From assembly GCA_963727455.1 (NCBI GenBank), contig CAVSGG010000008.1:32001-96000 (forward strand): a stretch of 64,000 nucleotides of DNA, read 5' to 3'. This DNA comes from Candidatus Krumholzibacteriota bacterium. GTDB lineage: Bacteria; Krumholzibacteriota; Krumholzibacteriia; JAJRXK01. Numbering within the stretch: the stretch's first letter is position 1; every line of letters starts with the position of its first letter. A program made the position numbers and the translations under genes. Below, piece by piece: positions 1 to 10,467 of the stretch. The notes under the pieces are model-generated. The model was not told the DNA's origin. It worked only from the letters and a program-made list of their open reading frames with translations, and searched no databases.

Positions 1-90
1 CTCAAGCACACAGGGACCTGCGATGAGCAGAAGCGGCGCGCCTGCGCCAATCTCCACTTCGTCGATCTTGAATCTACGTGCCGTCGCCAA
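1..90 (-). CDS. kdsA: KDO8P synthase, 5' fragment (runs off window)
   Basis: Manual translation from TTG at 90 gives MATARRFKIDEVEIGAGAPLLLIAGPCVLE; LIAGPCVxE is the KdsA N-terminal motif; directly follows pyrG in kdsB-pyrG-kdsA order. Confidence 0.85.
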   Translation of the reverse strand, partial: MATARRFKIDEVEIGAGAPLLLIAGPCVLE

Positions 91-91
91 C

Positions 92-1774
<1,683 letters not shown>

Positions 1775-1857
1775 CGGATCCTCCTTGAAACGAGAACTCG
1801 TCGCGACCCTAACCCATCTTCGCCCAGCAGGGAAGAAGCGGCCATGGGGATGCCGCG

Positions 1858-2643
1858 TCAGCGCCCTTCGTTGGCCAATTGCCGCTCGATTCGCTCGAGA
1901 TCCTGTGGGGTATCGACCCCAGGGGGCAGAGCGGCAATGGTGCCCACGATGATCCGCTCCCCACTCTCCAAGAAACGCAATTGCTCCAGATTTTCCATCT
2001 TCTCCAGGCGGCCGCCCGGGCGCTTCAGGAATTCCAGAAGCGCTTGCCGGCGAAAACCGTAGAGACCGACGTGCCGCAGAGCTGAAGCGGGGTCACTCTT
2101 GCGCTCCCGACCGAGCTCGGCGCGGCGGCCGGGAATGGATGCCCTGGAAAAATAGAGAGCAAAACCGCGTTCGTCACAAACCACCTTGACCACGTTGGGG
2201 TCGAGGTAGGCTTCGTCGGATATCGGAAGCGGAGAGGCCAGGGTGCTGACGGCTGCTTCAGGATGTTCCTCGAGAAGCTCCACGAGCCGGTCGATTGCGG
2301 CCGAGGGAACCAGTGGCTCGTCTCCTTGAACGTTGAGCACGACCGCCTCTTCGCGATTCTCCACGACCTCGCCGATCCGGTCGCTTCCGGTGGCGTGATT
2401 CCCGCGCGTGAGCACTGCGCTAGCCCCGGCTTCGCGGGCGGCCCGAGCAATGCGCTCGTCATCCGTCGCTACCAGCACTTCCCCCACACGCTTTGCCCCT
2501 TGGGCCGCATGAACCACGTGCGCGATCACGGGCTTGCCGTGAAGAAGAGCCAGCGGCTTGCCGGGGAACCGCGTGCTCCCGTAGCGGGCAGGAATGACCG
2601 CCACGACCTGAATCTTCTCGATCGAAGAACTCCGCTGCCTCAT
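1858..2643 (-). CDS. kdsB: 3-deoxy-manno-octulosonate cytidylyltransferase
   Basis: IPARYGSTRFPGKPL, NVQGDEP, ALYFSR, LEQLR motifs. Confidence 0.98.
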   Translation of the reverse strand: MRQRSSSIEKIQVVAVIPARYGSTRFPGKPLALLHGKPVIAHVVHAAQGAKRVGEVLVATDDERIARAAREAGASAVLTRGNHATGSDRIGEVVENREEAVVLNVQGDEPLVPSAAIDRLVELLEEHPEAAVSTLASPLPISDEAYLDPNVVKVVCDERGFALYFSRASIPGRRAELGRERKSDPASALRHVGLYGFRRQALLEFLKRPGGRLEKMENLEQLRFLESGERIIVGTIAALPPGVDTPQDLERIERQLANEGR

Positions 2644-2711
2644 CGTCGTGCCTTCGCTCCTCTAGGACTCACCGCTCCACTTAGCCCCCGCTCCCGTTGC
2701 TTTGTCAACAG

Positions 2712-2745
2712 AGACGCCCACCCCCCGTCTGGGAGGTGGGCGTCT
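2712..2745 (-). terminator. GC-rich hairpin after rpmA, probable terminator
   Basis: AGACGCCCACC...GGTGGGCGTCT inverted repeat 25 nt past the rpmA stop; weak U-tract. Confidence 0.65.
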
Positions 2746-2769
2746 GGAAAATCTTCAGGCATCGCGGCC

Positions 2770-3027
2770 TCAGTTGACCGTGAGAACGTTGACCCGTTTG
2801 CGACCCTTGCCCCATTCCTCGTACTGCACTTCCCCATCCACCTTGGCGTAGAGCGTGTAGTCCTTGCCCGTGCCCACGTTGGTTCCTGCGTGGATCTTGG
2901 TTCCCAGCTGGCGCACGAGAATGCTGCCCGCTGAAACTCTTTGTCCTCCGAAGACCTTCACGCCCCGGTGCTGGGGATTGCTGTCGCGTCCGTTGCGGCT
3001 GGAGCCGACACCCTTCTTGTGAGCCAT
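2770..3027 (-). CDS. rpmA: 50S ribosomal protein L27
   Basis: [16 protein letters not shown]. Confidence 0.99.
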   Translation of the reverse strand: MAHKKGVGSSRNGRDSNPQHRGVKVFGGQRVSAGSILVRQLGTKIHAGTNVGTGKDYTLYAKVDGEVQYEEWGKGRKRVNVLTVN

Positions 3028-3039
3028 GGTTCTGTCTCC

Positions 3040-3354
3040 TTAGCCTTGAATGCCGGTGATCTTGACGGCGGTGTAGAGCTGGCGGTGGCCCTGTGTTCTC
3101 TGGAAGTTCTTGCGCCGCTTCTTCTTGAAGACGACCACCTTCTCTTCCTTGCCCTGAGCCACGACCTCGGCCAAGACCTTGGCGCCTTCCACCAGCGGCG
3201 CCCCCACCTGGACCTCGTCCCCTCCGACCAGGAGGACTTCGTCGAACTCCAGCTTCGCGCCCACTTCGGCCTCCATGAGAGGCACCCGGATGATGTCGTT
3301 CTCACTCACCCGAAACTGGACATCCGCGATCCGAACTACGGCGGATTGAGACAT
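3040..3354 (-). CDS. rplU: 50S ribosomal protein L21
   Basis: KKKRRKNFQRTQGHRQLYT motif; start moved to ATG 3354 (MSQSAVV), downstream of the promoter. Confidence 0.97.
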   Translation of the reverse strand: MSQSAVVRIADVQFRVSENDIIRVPLMEAEVGAKLEFDEVLLVGGDEVQVGAPLVEGAKVLAEVVAQGKEEKVVVFKKKRRKNFQRTQGHRQLYTAVKITGIQG

Positions 3355-3459
3355 GATAGCACCCTGCTTGTTTCGATTGCCTTCTAGCCGCGTGCTCAGG
3401 CCGACGCCGGTTGGCGTTGTCGGCGGGAGGCCCCGGAGGGCTCTCAGCACGGACCGAAA

Positions 3460-3488
3460 AATGTATCAAGGGCTTCCCTCCTCGTCAA
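3460..3488 (-). promoter_or_regulatory. sigma70-type promoter of rplU-rpmA
   Basis: TTGACG-17-TACATT with TG extended -10. Confidence 0.7.
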
Positions 3489-3624
3489 GGCCGCGGGCCG
3501 CGGCGCCTTGCCAAAGCTCCGGCCTGAGTATAGTACTTGAGCGTCCGAAGGGCTCGACGAGGGGCCGTCGAGCGAGTTTGCGCCGTTTTGAGGGCTTTGG
3601 CCCGCGAGAACAGTGAGGTTGGCA

Positions 3625-4557
3625 ATGAGCGAGATCCGCAAGAGCATCGTCATCGGTTCGGGTCCGGCAGGTCTCACGGCCGCCCTCTATCTCTCCCGCG
3701 CCAACCTGAGCCCCAAGGTCTTCGAGGGGGAGCAACCCGGGGGACAGCTCACCATCACCACCGAGGTGGAAAACTATCCCGGATTCCCCGAGGGCATCCA
3801 GGGGCCCGAACTCATGGACCTATTTCGCAAGCAGGCCCAGCGCTTTGGCGCCGAATGCGAGTTCAAGACCGTCACAAAAGTGGATTTCTCCCAGAGGCCC
3901 TTCACCGTGAGTGTGGACGACGGCAGCGAGCACCAAGCGCATTCGGTGGTAATCTCCACCGGGAGCTCGGCACGCTGGCTGGGGTTGAAGAACGAGTCTC
4001 GCTTGCGCGGCCATGGTGTAAGCGCTTGTGCCACATGCGATGGATTCTTCTTCAAGGACGAGGTCGTCACCATCGTCGGGGGCGGCGACACGGCCATGGA
4101 AGAGGCCCTCTTCCTCACGAAATTTGCGAGCAAGGTGATCATCGTTCACCGCCGCAACGAGCTACGCGCCTCGAAGGTCATGCAGGATCGGGCCCTGGCC
4201 AACAAGAAGATCGAGGTGGTGTGGAACAAAGTGGTCGTCGAGGTCCTGGGCGACGACAAGGTCGAAGGGGTGCGAGTGAAGGACACCGAGACCGATGAAG
4301 AATCCACGATCGAATGCGGGGGTTTCTTCCTCGCCATCGGACACGAACCCAACACGAAGATCTTCGAGGGTCAACTGGAATTGGATGAACTCGGCTACAT
4401 CAAGACCCACGACCAAGTTCTCACCAATATCGAGGGAGTCTTCGCCGCCGGAGACGTGCAGGATCACGTCTACCGGCAAGCAGTGACTGCAGCGGGAAGC
4501 GGCTGTCAGGCCGCAATTCGTGCGGAGCGTTGGCTGGGCGAACAGGGAATCGAGTAG
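3625..4557 (+). CDS. trxB: thioredoxin-disulfide reductase
   Basis: [30 protein letters not shown] motifs; start set at ATG 3625. Confidence 0.98.
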   Translation: MSEIRKSIVIGSGPAGLTAALYLSRANLSPKVFEGEQPGGQLTITTEVENYPGFPEGIQGPELMDLFRKQAQRFGAECEFKTVTKVDFSQRPFTVSVDDGSEHQAHSVVISTGSSARWLGLKNESRLRGHGVSACATCDGFFFKDEVVTIVGGGDTAMEEALFLTKFASKVIIVHRRNELRASKVMQDRALANKKIEVVWNKVVVEVLGDDKVEGVRVKDTETDEESTIECGGFFLAIGHEPNTKIFEGQLELDELGYIKTHDQVLTNIEGVFAAGDVQDHVYRQAVTAAGSGCQAAIRAERWLGEQGIE

Positions 4558-4600
4558 TTCGCCAGTCCTGAGCCGGATTTCACTTGGTCAGGCCTCAATC

Positions 4601-5146
4601 TCAGGCGTCACGCAAGAGGCTCAGCACCTCGGCCCGGGTCGCAGGACGGTTACGGAAGGCCCCCAGCATTTCGCTGGTGATGGCCACCGAGTTCTGCTTC
4701 TCCACTCCCCGCATCATCATGCACAAGTGCTGGGCACGGATCACCACCGCAACGCCCTGGGGGTGAAGGTAGTCGTTGAGCGCGTTGGCAATTTGCGTGG
4801 TGAGCCGCTCTTGCACTTGCAGACGACGGGCGAAGATCTCCACGATGCGCGCCATCTTGCTCAACCCGATAATCTTGCCGTCGGGAATGTAGGCAACGCC
4901 CGCTTTTCCGAAGAACGGCAGCATGTGGTGCTCACACATGCTGTAGAAGTCGATGTTTCTCACCAGCACCATCTCGCGATTGTCCGAATCGAAGATTGCG
5001 TCGTTCATCGCCGCTTCCACATCGCCCCCATAGCCGCTGCACAGGAACTGCCAGGCTTCCGCCACTCGCTGCGGCGTTCTCTGCAGACCCTCGCGCTCTG
5101 GATCTTCGCCGATCTCCACGAGCATCTTCCGGATTAGATCTTCCAT
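4601..5146 (-). CDS. folE: GTP cyclohydrolase I
   Basis: [41 protein letters not shown]; start ATG 5146 with GGAG upstream. Confidence 0.98.
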   Translation of the reverse strand: MEDLIRKMLVEIGEDPEREGLQRTPQRVAEAWQFLCSGYGGDVEAAMNDAIFDSDNREMVLVRNIDFYSMCEHHMLPFFGKAGVAYIPDGKIIGLSKMARIVEIFARRLQVQERLTTQIANALNDYLHPQGVAVVIRAQHLCMMMRGVEKQNSVAITSEMLGAFRNRPATRAEVLSLLRDA

Positions 5147-5227
5147 CTCGACTCCTTCGCGCGCGCTACTCCACTGGCGCAAACCTGCCGCTCTCCCTCG
5201 AGCAATTCGGTGGACTCAAGAACGAAC

Positions 5228-5617
5228 TCAACTCGCCACGAAGCGATTTCTCGGAGTTTCCACGAGTTCGACGGAAACCAGCTGTGGGCCTCCTGCAAAC
5301 TCTTGCTCTAGCCAGCGCCGGAACACTAGAGCGAGATTCTCACCCGTGGTCACCTCGTCGATGATGTCATCGAGGTGGCGGTGGTCCACTTTGGAGATCA
5401 GACACTCCTCGACGCGCCGATCGACTTGCAAACGATCGAAGAGCATGCCGGTGAGCGGATCCGGCTCTCCCTCGAAGAGGACGACGAGCTCGTAGTTATG
5501 CCCGTGCCCACCTTCGTTTGCGCACTTTCCGTAGACCTCCTCGTTCTCCTCTTCGGCCAAGGCGGAGGTATACAAGCGGTGCGAAGCCTCGAAGCGGTAG
5601 ATCCGTCCCACCCTCAT
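5228..5617 (-). CDS. 6-pyruvoyl-tetrahydropterin synthase family protein (C-X5-HGH type)
   Basis: ASHRL, CANEGGHGHNY, TTGENLA, ETP; ATGA overlap with the upstream paralogue. Confidence 0.9.
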   Translation of the reverse strand: MRVGRIYRFEASHRLYTSALAEEENEEVYGKCANEGGHGHNYELVVLFEGEPDPLTGMLFDRLQVDRRVEECLISKVDHRHLDDIIDEVTTGENLALVFRRWLEQEFAGGPQLVSVELVETPRNRFVAS

Positions 5618-6054
5618 TGCGTCGGCTCCCTTTCCAGCTCTGCAAAGAGGTCTTCGCTCTCCCACAGGCGAATCAAGGAGAGCCGGCATTTGCCCAGCTC
5701 GGCGATCGGTTGCTCCAGAACCGACCAGAGGTAGCGAACGATATTCTCACAGCTCGGGATGACGTCGGTGAAATACTCGAGATCATAGTTGAGGAAAGAG
5801 TGGTCGAGCTTCTCCACCACGATCTGGCGCAGCAGTTTGTCCAGATCGGCCAGATTGATCACCATGCCCGTGACCGGATCCACCGGACCTTCCACACCAA
5901 CCTCAAGGCGATAGTTGTGTCCGTGCCCGTGCGGCCGGTTGCAGGCACCGAACACTTCACGATTCTGCTCTTCGCTAAGCGCCTCGCTGTGATAGCGATG
6001 TCCGGCGCAGAAGCGCACCGTCCTGAGGATTCGAAGGCGGGAAGTCGCGGACAA
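5614..6054 (-). CDS. 6-pyruvoyl-tetrahydropterin synthase family protein (C-X5-HGH type)
   Basis: AGHRY, CNRPHGHGHNY, LDHSFLN, SCEN, WES; TTG start with GAGGAGG SD. Confidence 0.92.
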   Translation of the reverse strand: MSATSRLRILRTVRFCAGHRYHSEALSEEQNREVFGACNRPHGHGHNYRLEVGVEGPVDPVTGMVINLADLDKLLRQIVVEKLDHSFLNYDLEYFTDVIPSCENIVRYLWSVLEQPIAELGKCRLSLIRLWESEDLFAELEREPTQ

Positions 6055-6188
6055 TTGGCACCTCCTCGCTAAGCGTCAGTTCGATCGCGAGCTCGGGAGG
6101 GGATCTGCAGTCACAAAAGTTCCCATAGGATATGACGCTCCTTGCCTACTCGCCACGAGCGAAAGCGGAACCGATCCGTGCGTCGAAC

Positions 6189-6926
6189 TCACACGAGGTG
6201 GAGTCCGCCGTCGACCGAGAAGTCGCTGCCAGTGGTCCAGGAAGATTCCTTGGAAGCGAGAAAGAGTATCGCGCTTGCCACTTCGTCTGCCGTGCCCACG
6301 CGACCGAGAGGATGCATCGTTGCAGCCCCTTTCAGATCCGCGCCCCTGTGGATCGGAGTCTGTACGATACCGGGACTCACGCTGACCACGCGAATTCCAT
6401 GCTCGGCCCATTCCAGGGCCAGCGATTGTCCCAAGGAGAGGAGGGCGGCCTTGGACGCGCAGTAGGCAGCGGCCCCGGGTACCGGCCGGTGAGCCAGGTT
6501 GCTGAGCACGTTGACCACCACGGCATCCTCGGCGGCCTCAAGCCAAGGATGCGCCGCCTTGCACAGCAGATAGGGGGCGCGCACGTTCAGCGCGAAATGC
6601 GCCTGCCAATCCGCGAGCTCGAGTTCCAGCACCGAGCGCGGGTGGTAGAGCCCTGCGTTGTTCACCAAAATGTCGATCCCATTCATGCTCCCGGCGGCAC
6701 TGGATACGGCTTGCTCGGCCGCCTCCACTGCATAAAGGTCTAGCGCGAGAACATCGGCGCTGCCGCCCGCGCTTACGATTTCTTCTTGGACCCTGCGGAG
6801 CTTGTCCTCGCCCCGTCCCACCAGGAAAACGGAAGCTCCCGCGCGACTGAATTGTCTGGCGGTTGCGGCGCCAATGCCGCTCCCCCCACCGGTGATCAGC
6901 GCCTTTCGACCGTGCAAAGTGAACAT
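6189..6926 (-). CDS. classical short-chain dehydrogenase/reductase
   Basis: TGGGSGIG, NNAG, YCASK, SPG, DGG; start ATG 6926 with GAGGAG SD. Confidence 0.93.
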   Translation of the reverse strand: MFTLHGRKALITGGGSGIGAATARQFSRAGASVFLVGRGEDKLRRVQEEIVSAGGSADVLALDLYAVEAAEQAVSSAAGSMNGIDILVNNAGLYHPRSVLELELADWQAHFALNVRAPYLLCKAAHPWLEAAEDAVVVNVLSNLAHRPVPGAAAYCASKAALLSLGQSLALEWAEHGIRVVSVSPGIVQTPIHRGADLKGAATMHPLGRVGTADEVASAILFLASKESSWTTGSDFSVDGGLHLV

Positions 6927-7045
6927 CGATGCTCCTCTCTCCACCCTCTGACCTGGTGCCAAAGGGCGTGATCCGGCTTACCCATGATTCCTCAGAATAC
7001 CCGGTCCTTCCCCACACCGCCCCTGGCCGTCGGCTCTGAATCAGG

Positions 7046-7061
7046 TGGCATCCGGGTTGCT
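7046..7061 (+). promoter_or_regulatory. putative sigma54 (-24/-12) promoter
   Basis: TGGCATCCGGGTTGCT = TGGCA-N6-TTGC with exact GG-N10-GC spacing; predicted +1 near 7072. Confidence 0.6.
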
Positions 7062-7071
7062 GTAAGTGTCC

Positions 7072-7208
7072 ACGTACTCGATTTCGCCGGAGGGCGGAAC
7101 GGAAAACGACAGAACGAATTCGGGCTCATCACAAAGTCGTCCCCCCCAGAGATCGTGTGATGAGTGTAGTTCTGGAGTTCCCGTTTTCGTCCTCCGGCGG
7201 ATTTTTTT
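7072..7208 (+). ncRNA. putative ~137-nt rod-shaped small RNA
   Basis: Long imperfect inverted repeat (7083-7133 with 7156-7201), with G.U pairs that work only on the + strand; C7 in the apical loop; T7 run at 7202-7208; no credible + strand CDS. Confidence 0.55.
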
Positions 7209-7229
7209 GCCCGGCATTGCACTGCAAGC

Positions 7230-7910
7230 TCAGCTGTCTCCTTCACCCTCCTCGACGGTTACTGGCTCCCATATTCCCGACTCGCCGAACGCTCCGCCAG
7301 CGGAGACTCTCAGCTTTCCCTCGGCGATCCAGCGCAGGACGCGCGGATAGAGATTGCATTCGGCTTCAAAGACGCGCGCGCGCAGGCTGACCAGATCATC
7401 GGACTCGAGCACCGGAACCTTGATTCGAGCCACAATCTGCCCTGAATCGAAGTACTCATCGACAAGGTGCACGGTTGCCCCACTCTCCTTTTCCCCGGCC
7501 GCGAGCACTGCCGAGTGCACGCGATCGCCGTAGAAGCCGGCTCCCCCGAAGCGGGGGAGCAAAGCCGGGTGAATGTTTAGAACCGGCAACTCGGCGCGAG
7601 AGGAGAGATCGAGAAGAGAGAGGTAGCCGGCAAGGCACAGCAACCGCGCCCCGCGCTCTTGCAGCCAGCGAAAGATCTCGCGATCGCGCTGCGCCCGCCC
7701 GGTGTAGTCAGATTTCTTGAACACTCGCGTGGGGATCTTCGCCTCGGCCGCGATCTGAAGTCCGCGGGCGCGCTCGCGATCGCTGCCGACCGCCACGATG
7801 CGCACTGGCAGCCTCTTCTCCTCGATTTCCTTCAGGAAGTTCGCGAGAGTGCGGCCGGTGCCGCTCAACAGCACGGCGACCGGGAGTTCTTGCGCAGGCT
7901 CGAAGGTCAT
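7230..7910 (-). CDS. purN: phosphoribosylglycinamide formyltransferase
   Basis: SGTGRTL, LAGYL, NIHPALLP, SGATVH.VDE.FDSG. Confidence 0.96.
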   Translation of the reverse strand: MTFEPAQELPVAVLLSGTGRTLANFLKEIEEKRLPVRIVAVGSDRERARGLQIAAEAKIPTRVFKKSDYTGRAQRDREIFRWLQERGARLLCLAGYLSLLDLSSRAELPVLNIHPALLPRFGGAGFYGDRVHSAVLAAGEKESGATVHLVDEYFDSGQIVARIKVPVLESDDLVSLRARVFEAECNLYPRVLRWIAEGKLRVSAGGAFGESGIWEPVTVEEGEGDS

Positions 7911-7932
7911 GGCCTCGGCGATGGCCTCCCCT

Positions 7933-9516
7933 CTACTGAGGTCTTCGGCTCACGAAGGCCAAAGTAATCGCCTGGAACAAAAGGAACAGAGCGAGTGGAA
8001 GCCCTCCCCATTTGGTGTAGGGAGAGGAAGTAGAGCTGGGATGTAGCGTACGCACGATGTAGGTCCGCTCTTGCAGGCGGGTCTGATCCACCACGCGTCC
8101 GCTGGCGAGAACGAAGAAGCAGATTCCGTTGTTGGAACAGCGAACCGTGGGGACACGATTCTCCGCGGATCGCATGACCCCCATGAGACCGTGCTGATAG
8201 GGACCCAGAGTATTTCCGAACCAGCCGTCATTACTCATGTTCACAAGGATCTCGGCACCCTTGCGCACCGCGTCGCGGCTCGGACCGGAGAAGATCGACT
8301 CGAAGCAGATGAGATTGGCGAAGCGGTACCCGTCGACTTCGAAAATCGTACGCTCAGGACCCGGGTCCCATTCGGCCTGTCCGAAGTCTACTTTTCCCAG
8401 AAAGGGAAAGACCCGTTGGAAGGGCATGCGCTCGCCAAATGGTAGAAGGTGCATTTTCCGATAACGCGCCCTCACCGCCCCCGCATCGTCCATCAAGAGA
8501 GAGCTGTTGTAGCGCAAGAGCGAGCCGTCCGACTTGACTTCACGTTCGGGAAAGCCGGTGAGCAGGTAGATTTTCTTGCGCACCACGAGATCTTGAAGCC
8601 GCATGAGATAGCGTGGTGCCCGCAGTACGTCGAGCGGAACCGCCGTCTCCGGCCATACCACCAGGCGCGCGCCGTCGTCCGCCGCCTCTTCACTGAGCTT
8701 CGTGAAGGGAATGAAGGTGGAATCACGACGCGCGGGATCGAATTTGTCCATGAGCGAAACGTTGCCCTGGATCACGCCGACGCGTAAACCCTCTCCGGGC
8801 CCCACTGGCGTCTCCAGAGCCTGCATGGTGTGCGTCCCATAGACCAGAGTGACGCCGTACAAAAGAAGCAGCGCAACCAGAGCCCACCAGCGGTAGAGCA
8901 CGGCGCGGCCAAGTCGCGGAAATTCACCGCGCAGCGAGAGCCAGGTCAAGGCGAGGAGAACGTTGGTCACTGCGACCAGCCAGCTGATGCCCAGCTCGCC
9001 GAAGATCCCGGCCACCTGCAGAATGGGCACGTAATGGAGCTGGGTCATGGCCAGACGCATCCAGGGGAAGCCCAGCTCGCCCGACCCCTCCAGCCACTCC
9101 ACCACGACCCAGATGATGGGAAACCACCAGATGGCCTGTTCGTGATAGTGCTGGCGCAATTTGGCGCTGACCCAGAATACGATCCCGTCGAAGACGGTCA
9201 TGTACAGAGCGAGCAGCACGAGCCCCATCGGCAAAAACAGCCAACGGTATTTCATCGTCGCCGCCGGATCGAGCTGCAAAAGCCAGTAGAGTTCGCTCAG
9301 ATGATGGCTCAAGCCGAAGGAGAGGATGAGCAGCTTGAGACGGAGCGGCCGTGCTTCCCTGAGGTTCCGTGGATGGAAGAGGACGAGCAGAACCGGCACC
9401 AACGCTCCGTAGGCCAAAAAACCCACGGGCGAAGGCGCTCCGGCGATGCTCAGCAGGAGTCCGCTGGTGATGCCGGCAAGAAATTCGGGAGTTGCCCAGA
9501 ACCTAGAACCTTGCAT
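7933..9516 (-). CDS. lnt: apolipoprotein N-acyltransferase
   Basis: TM N-terminus, GFPW, QGN, WPETA, YNS, K.HLLPFGE, ICFE, NDGWFG; start likely ATG 9516 because the promoter -10 lies at 9591-9596. Confidence 0.95.
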   Translation of the reverse strand: MQGSRFWATPEFLAGITSGLLLSIAGAPSPVGFLAYGALVPVLLVLFHPRNLREARPLRLKLLILSFGLSHHLSELYWLLQLDPAATMKYRWLFLPMGLVLLALYMTVFDGIVFWVSAKLRQHYHEQAIWWFPIIWVVVEWLEGSGELGFPWMRLAMTQLHYVPILQVAGIFGELGISWLVAVTNVLLALTWLSLRGEFPRLGRAVLYRWWALVALLLLYGVTLVYGTHTMQALETPVGPGEGLRVGVIQGNVSLMDKFDPARRDSTFIPFTKLSEEAADDGARLVVWPETAVPLDVLRAPRYLMRLQDLVVRKKIYLLTGFPEREVKSDGSLLRYNSSLLMDDAGAVRARYRKMHLLPFGERMPFQRVFPFLGKVDFGQAEWDPGPERTIFEVDGYRFANLICFESIFSGPSRDAVRKGAEILVNMSNDGWFGNTLGPYQHGLMGVMRSAENRVPTVRCSNNGICFFVLASGRVVDQTRLQERTYIVRTLHPSSTSSPYTKWGGLPLALFLLFQAITLAFVSRRPQ

Positions 9517-9590
9517 GGAGGCCCCTGCGAAAGAAACCAAGCGACGGTCCCCATTCCCGGGCTTCTTCCGCGGGATCCCGTCGCGCACGC

Positions 9591-9619
9591 ACTATAGGGG
9601 TCGGCCAGGTTCGTGTCGA
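9591..9619 (-). promoter_or_regulatory. sigma70-type promoter of lnt-purN
   Basis: TCGACA-17-TATAGT. Confidence 0.6.
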
Positions 9620-9626
9620 GCCCCCC

Positions 9627-10313
9627 TCATTCCTCGTTGAGAATTCCGTGGATCTTCAGCTTCTGGTAAAAGACCTGTCGGCTGAGATGCAGGGAACGTG
9701 CTGCGCGGCTCTTGTTTCCCCTCGCCCGCCTGAGGGCGCGGCGGAGGAGTTCCGCCTCCCTGCTTGCGAGTTCCCTCGGGCTGGGCTCGCGGGATTCCCT
9801 CTCGAGCTCGCGCTCTCCTGTGTCCATCGTGGAGCGCAAGAGCCAGCTCGGAGGACCCAGGGTGCGCGCGAGCGCCTCCATTCCCTCGCGCGCCACGCGC
9901 AATCTGAGCCCGCCCGGCCGCCAGTTTGCGTCGACCGCGGCCAGAAACGCCACACAGGGGATGCGATCGCCAGGAAAGGGCCAACCAACGAGTCCGTGTA
10001 CGGCACGGCCGCGCAACCACTTCACCAGGGCGTCTTTGGACTCGCGGTCAACGGCAAGAGGACGCGCCCGCAAGAAGAGTTGGCGGTAGCCCGCCAGAGG
10101 CAGGGCGGTCTCGGGGGACTCGACCGGTCCCGAGGGATTCACGACCTGAAGAACCCGGAACACCAGCTCCGATTCACGCGAGGCCTGCACATGCAGACAG
10201 CGCGCGATTCCCAAGATCTCGGCGCCCAGGGCAGCTCGCAGTGCAAGCAGTCGATCGGACAGCTCTTCCTCAGGCACAGAGGGCAGAAACTCTTCGAGTA
10301 CATCGGAATTCAT
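9627..10313 (-). CDS. protein with C-terminal Fis-type HTH (no AAA+ domain), possibly GAF-like N-terminus
   Basis: C-terminus EAELLRRALRRARGNKSRAARSLHLSRQVFYQKLKIHGI; start set at ATG 10313 (MNSDVLEE) because the longer ORF overlaps purM. Confidence 0.7.
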   Translation of the reverse strand: MNSDVLEEFLPSVPEEELSDRLLALRAALGAEILGIARCLHVQASRESELVFRVLQVVNPSGPVESPETALPLAGYRQLFLRARPLAVDRESKDALVKWLRGRAVHGLVGWPFPGDRIPCVAFLAAVDANWRPGGLRLRVAREGMEALARTLGPPSWLLRSTMDTGERELERESREPSPRELASREAELLRRALRRARGNKSRAARSLHLSRQVFYQKLKIHGILNEE

Positions 10314-10361
10314 CGTGAGCACAGAGAGGGAGGCGCGTGCATCTGTCGGCAGCGTCCAAGC

Positions 10362-10377
10362 TGCAAGGCCCGTGCCC
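10362..10377 (-). promoter_or_regulatory. putative sigma54 promoter
   Basis: GGGCACGGGCCTTGCA vs consensus TGGCACG-N4-TTGCW. Confidence 0.6.
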
Positions 10378-10467
10378 CTCGTCCTGGCGCAAAGCGCGGG
10401 GAGAATCGCGTTTCTTGCTGAGGGGCCTGTCCCGTGCTCGGTGCACCGGACAGCGCGTGGGGGCCTT

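Noticed and set aside
3508-3536. trxB promoter TTGCCA...TATAGT
   Set aside because: The spacer is only 15 nt; plausible but not confident
6896-6985. 29-aa SD-led ORF (MGKPDHALW...) overlapping the SDR start
   Set aside because: Out of frame, with no distinctive composition; probably chance
7054-7230. 6S RNA or SRP RNA identity for the long hairpin
   Set aside because: An extended 6S-like fold of ~180 nt can be drawn, but it needs sequence inside the promoter motif and beyond the U7, and I could not see 6S conserved motifs. The SRP helix-8 motif is absent. An Rfam scan would settle it.
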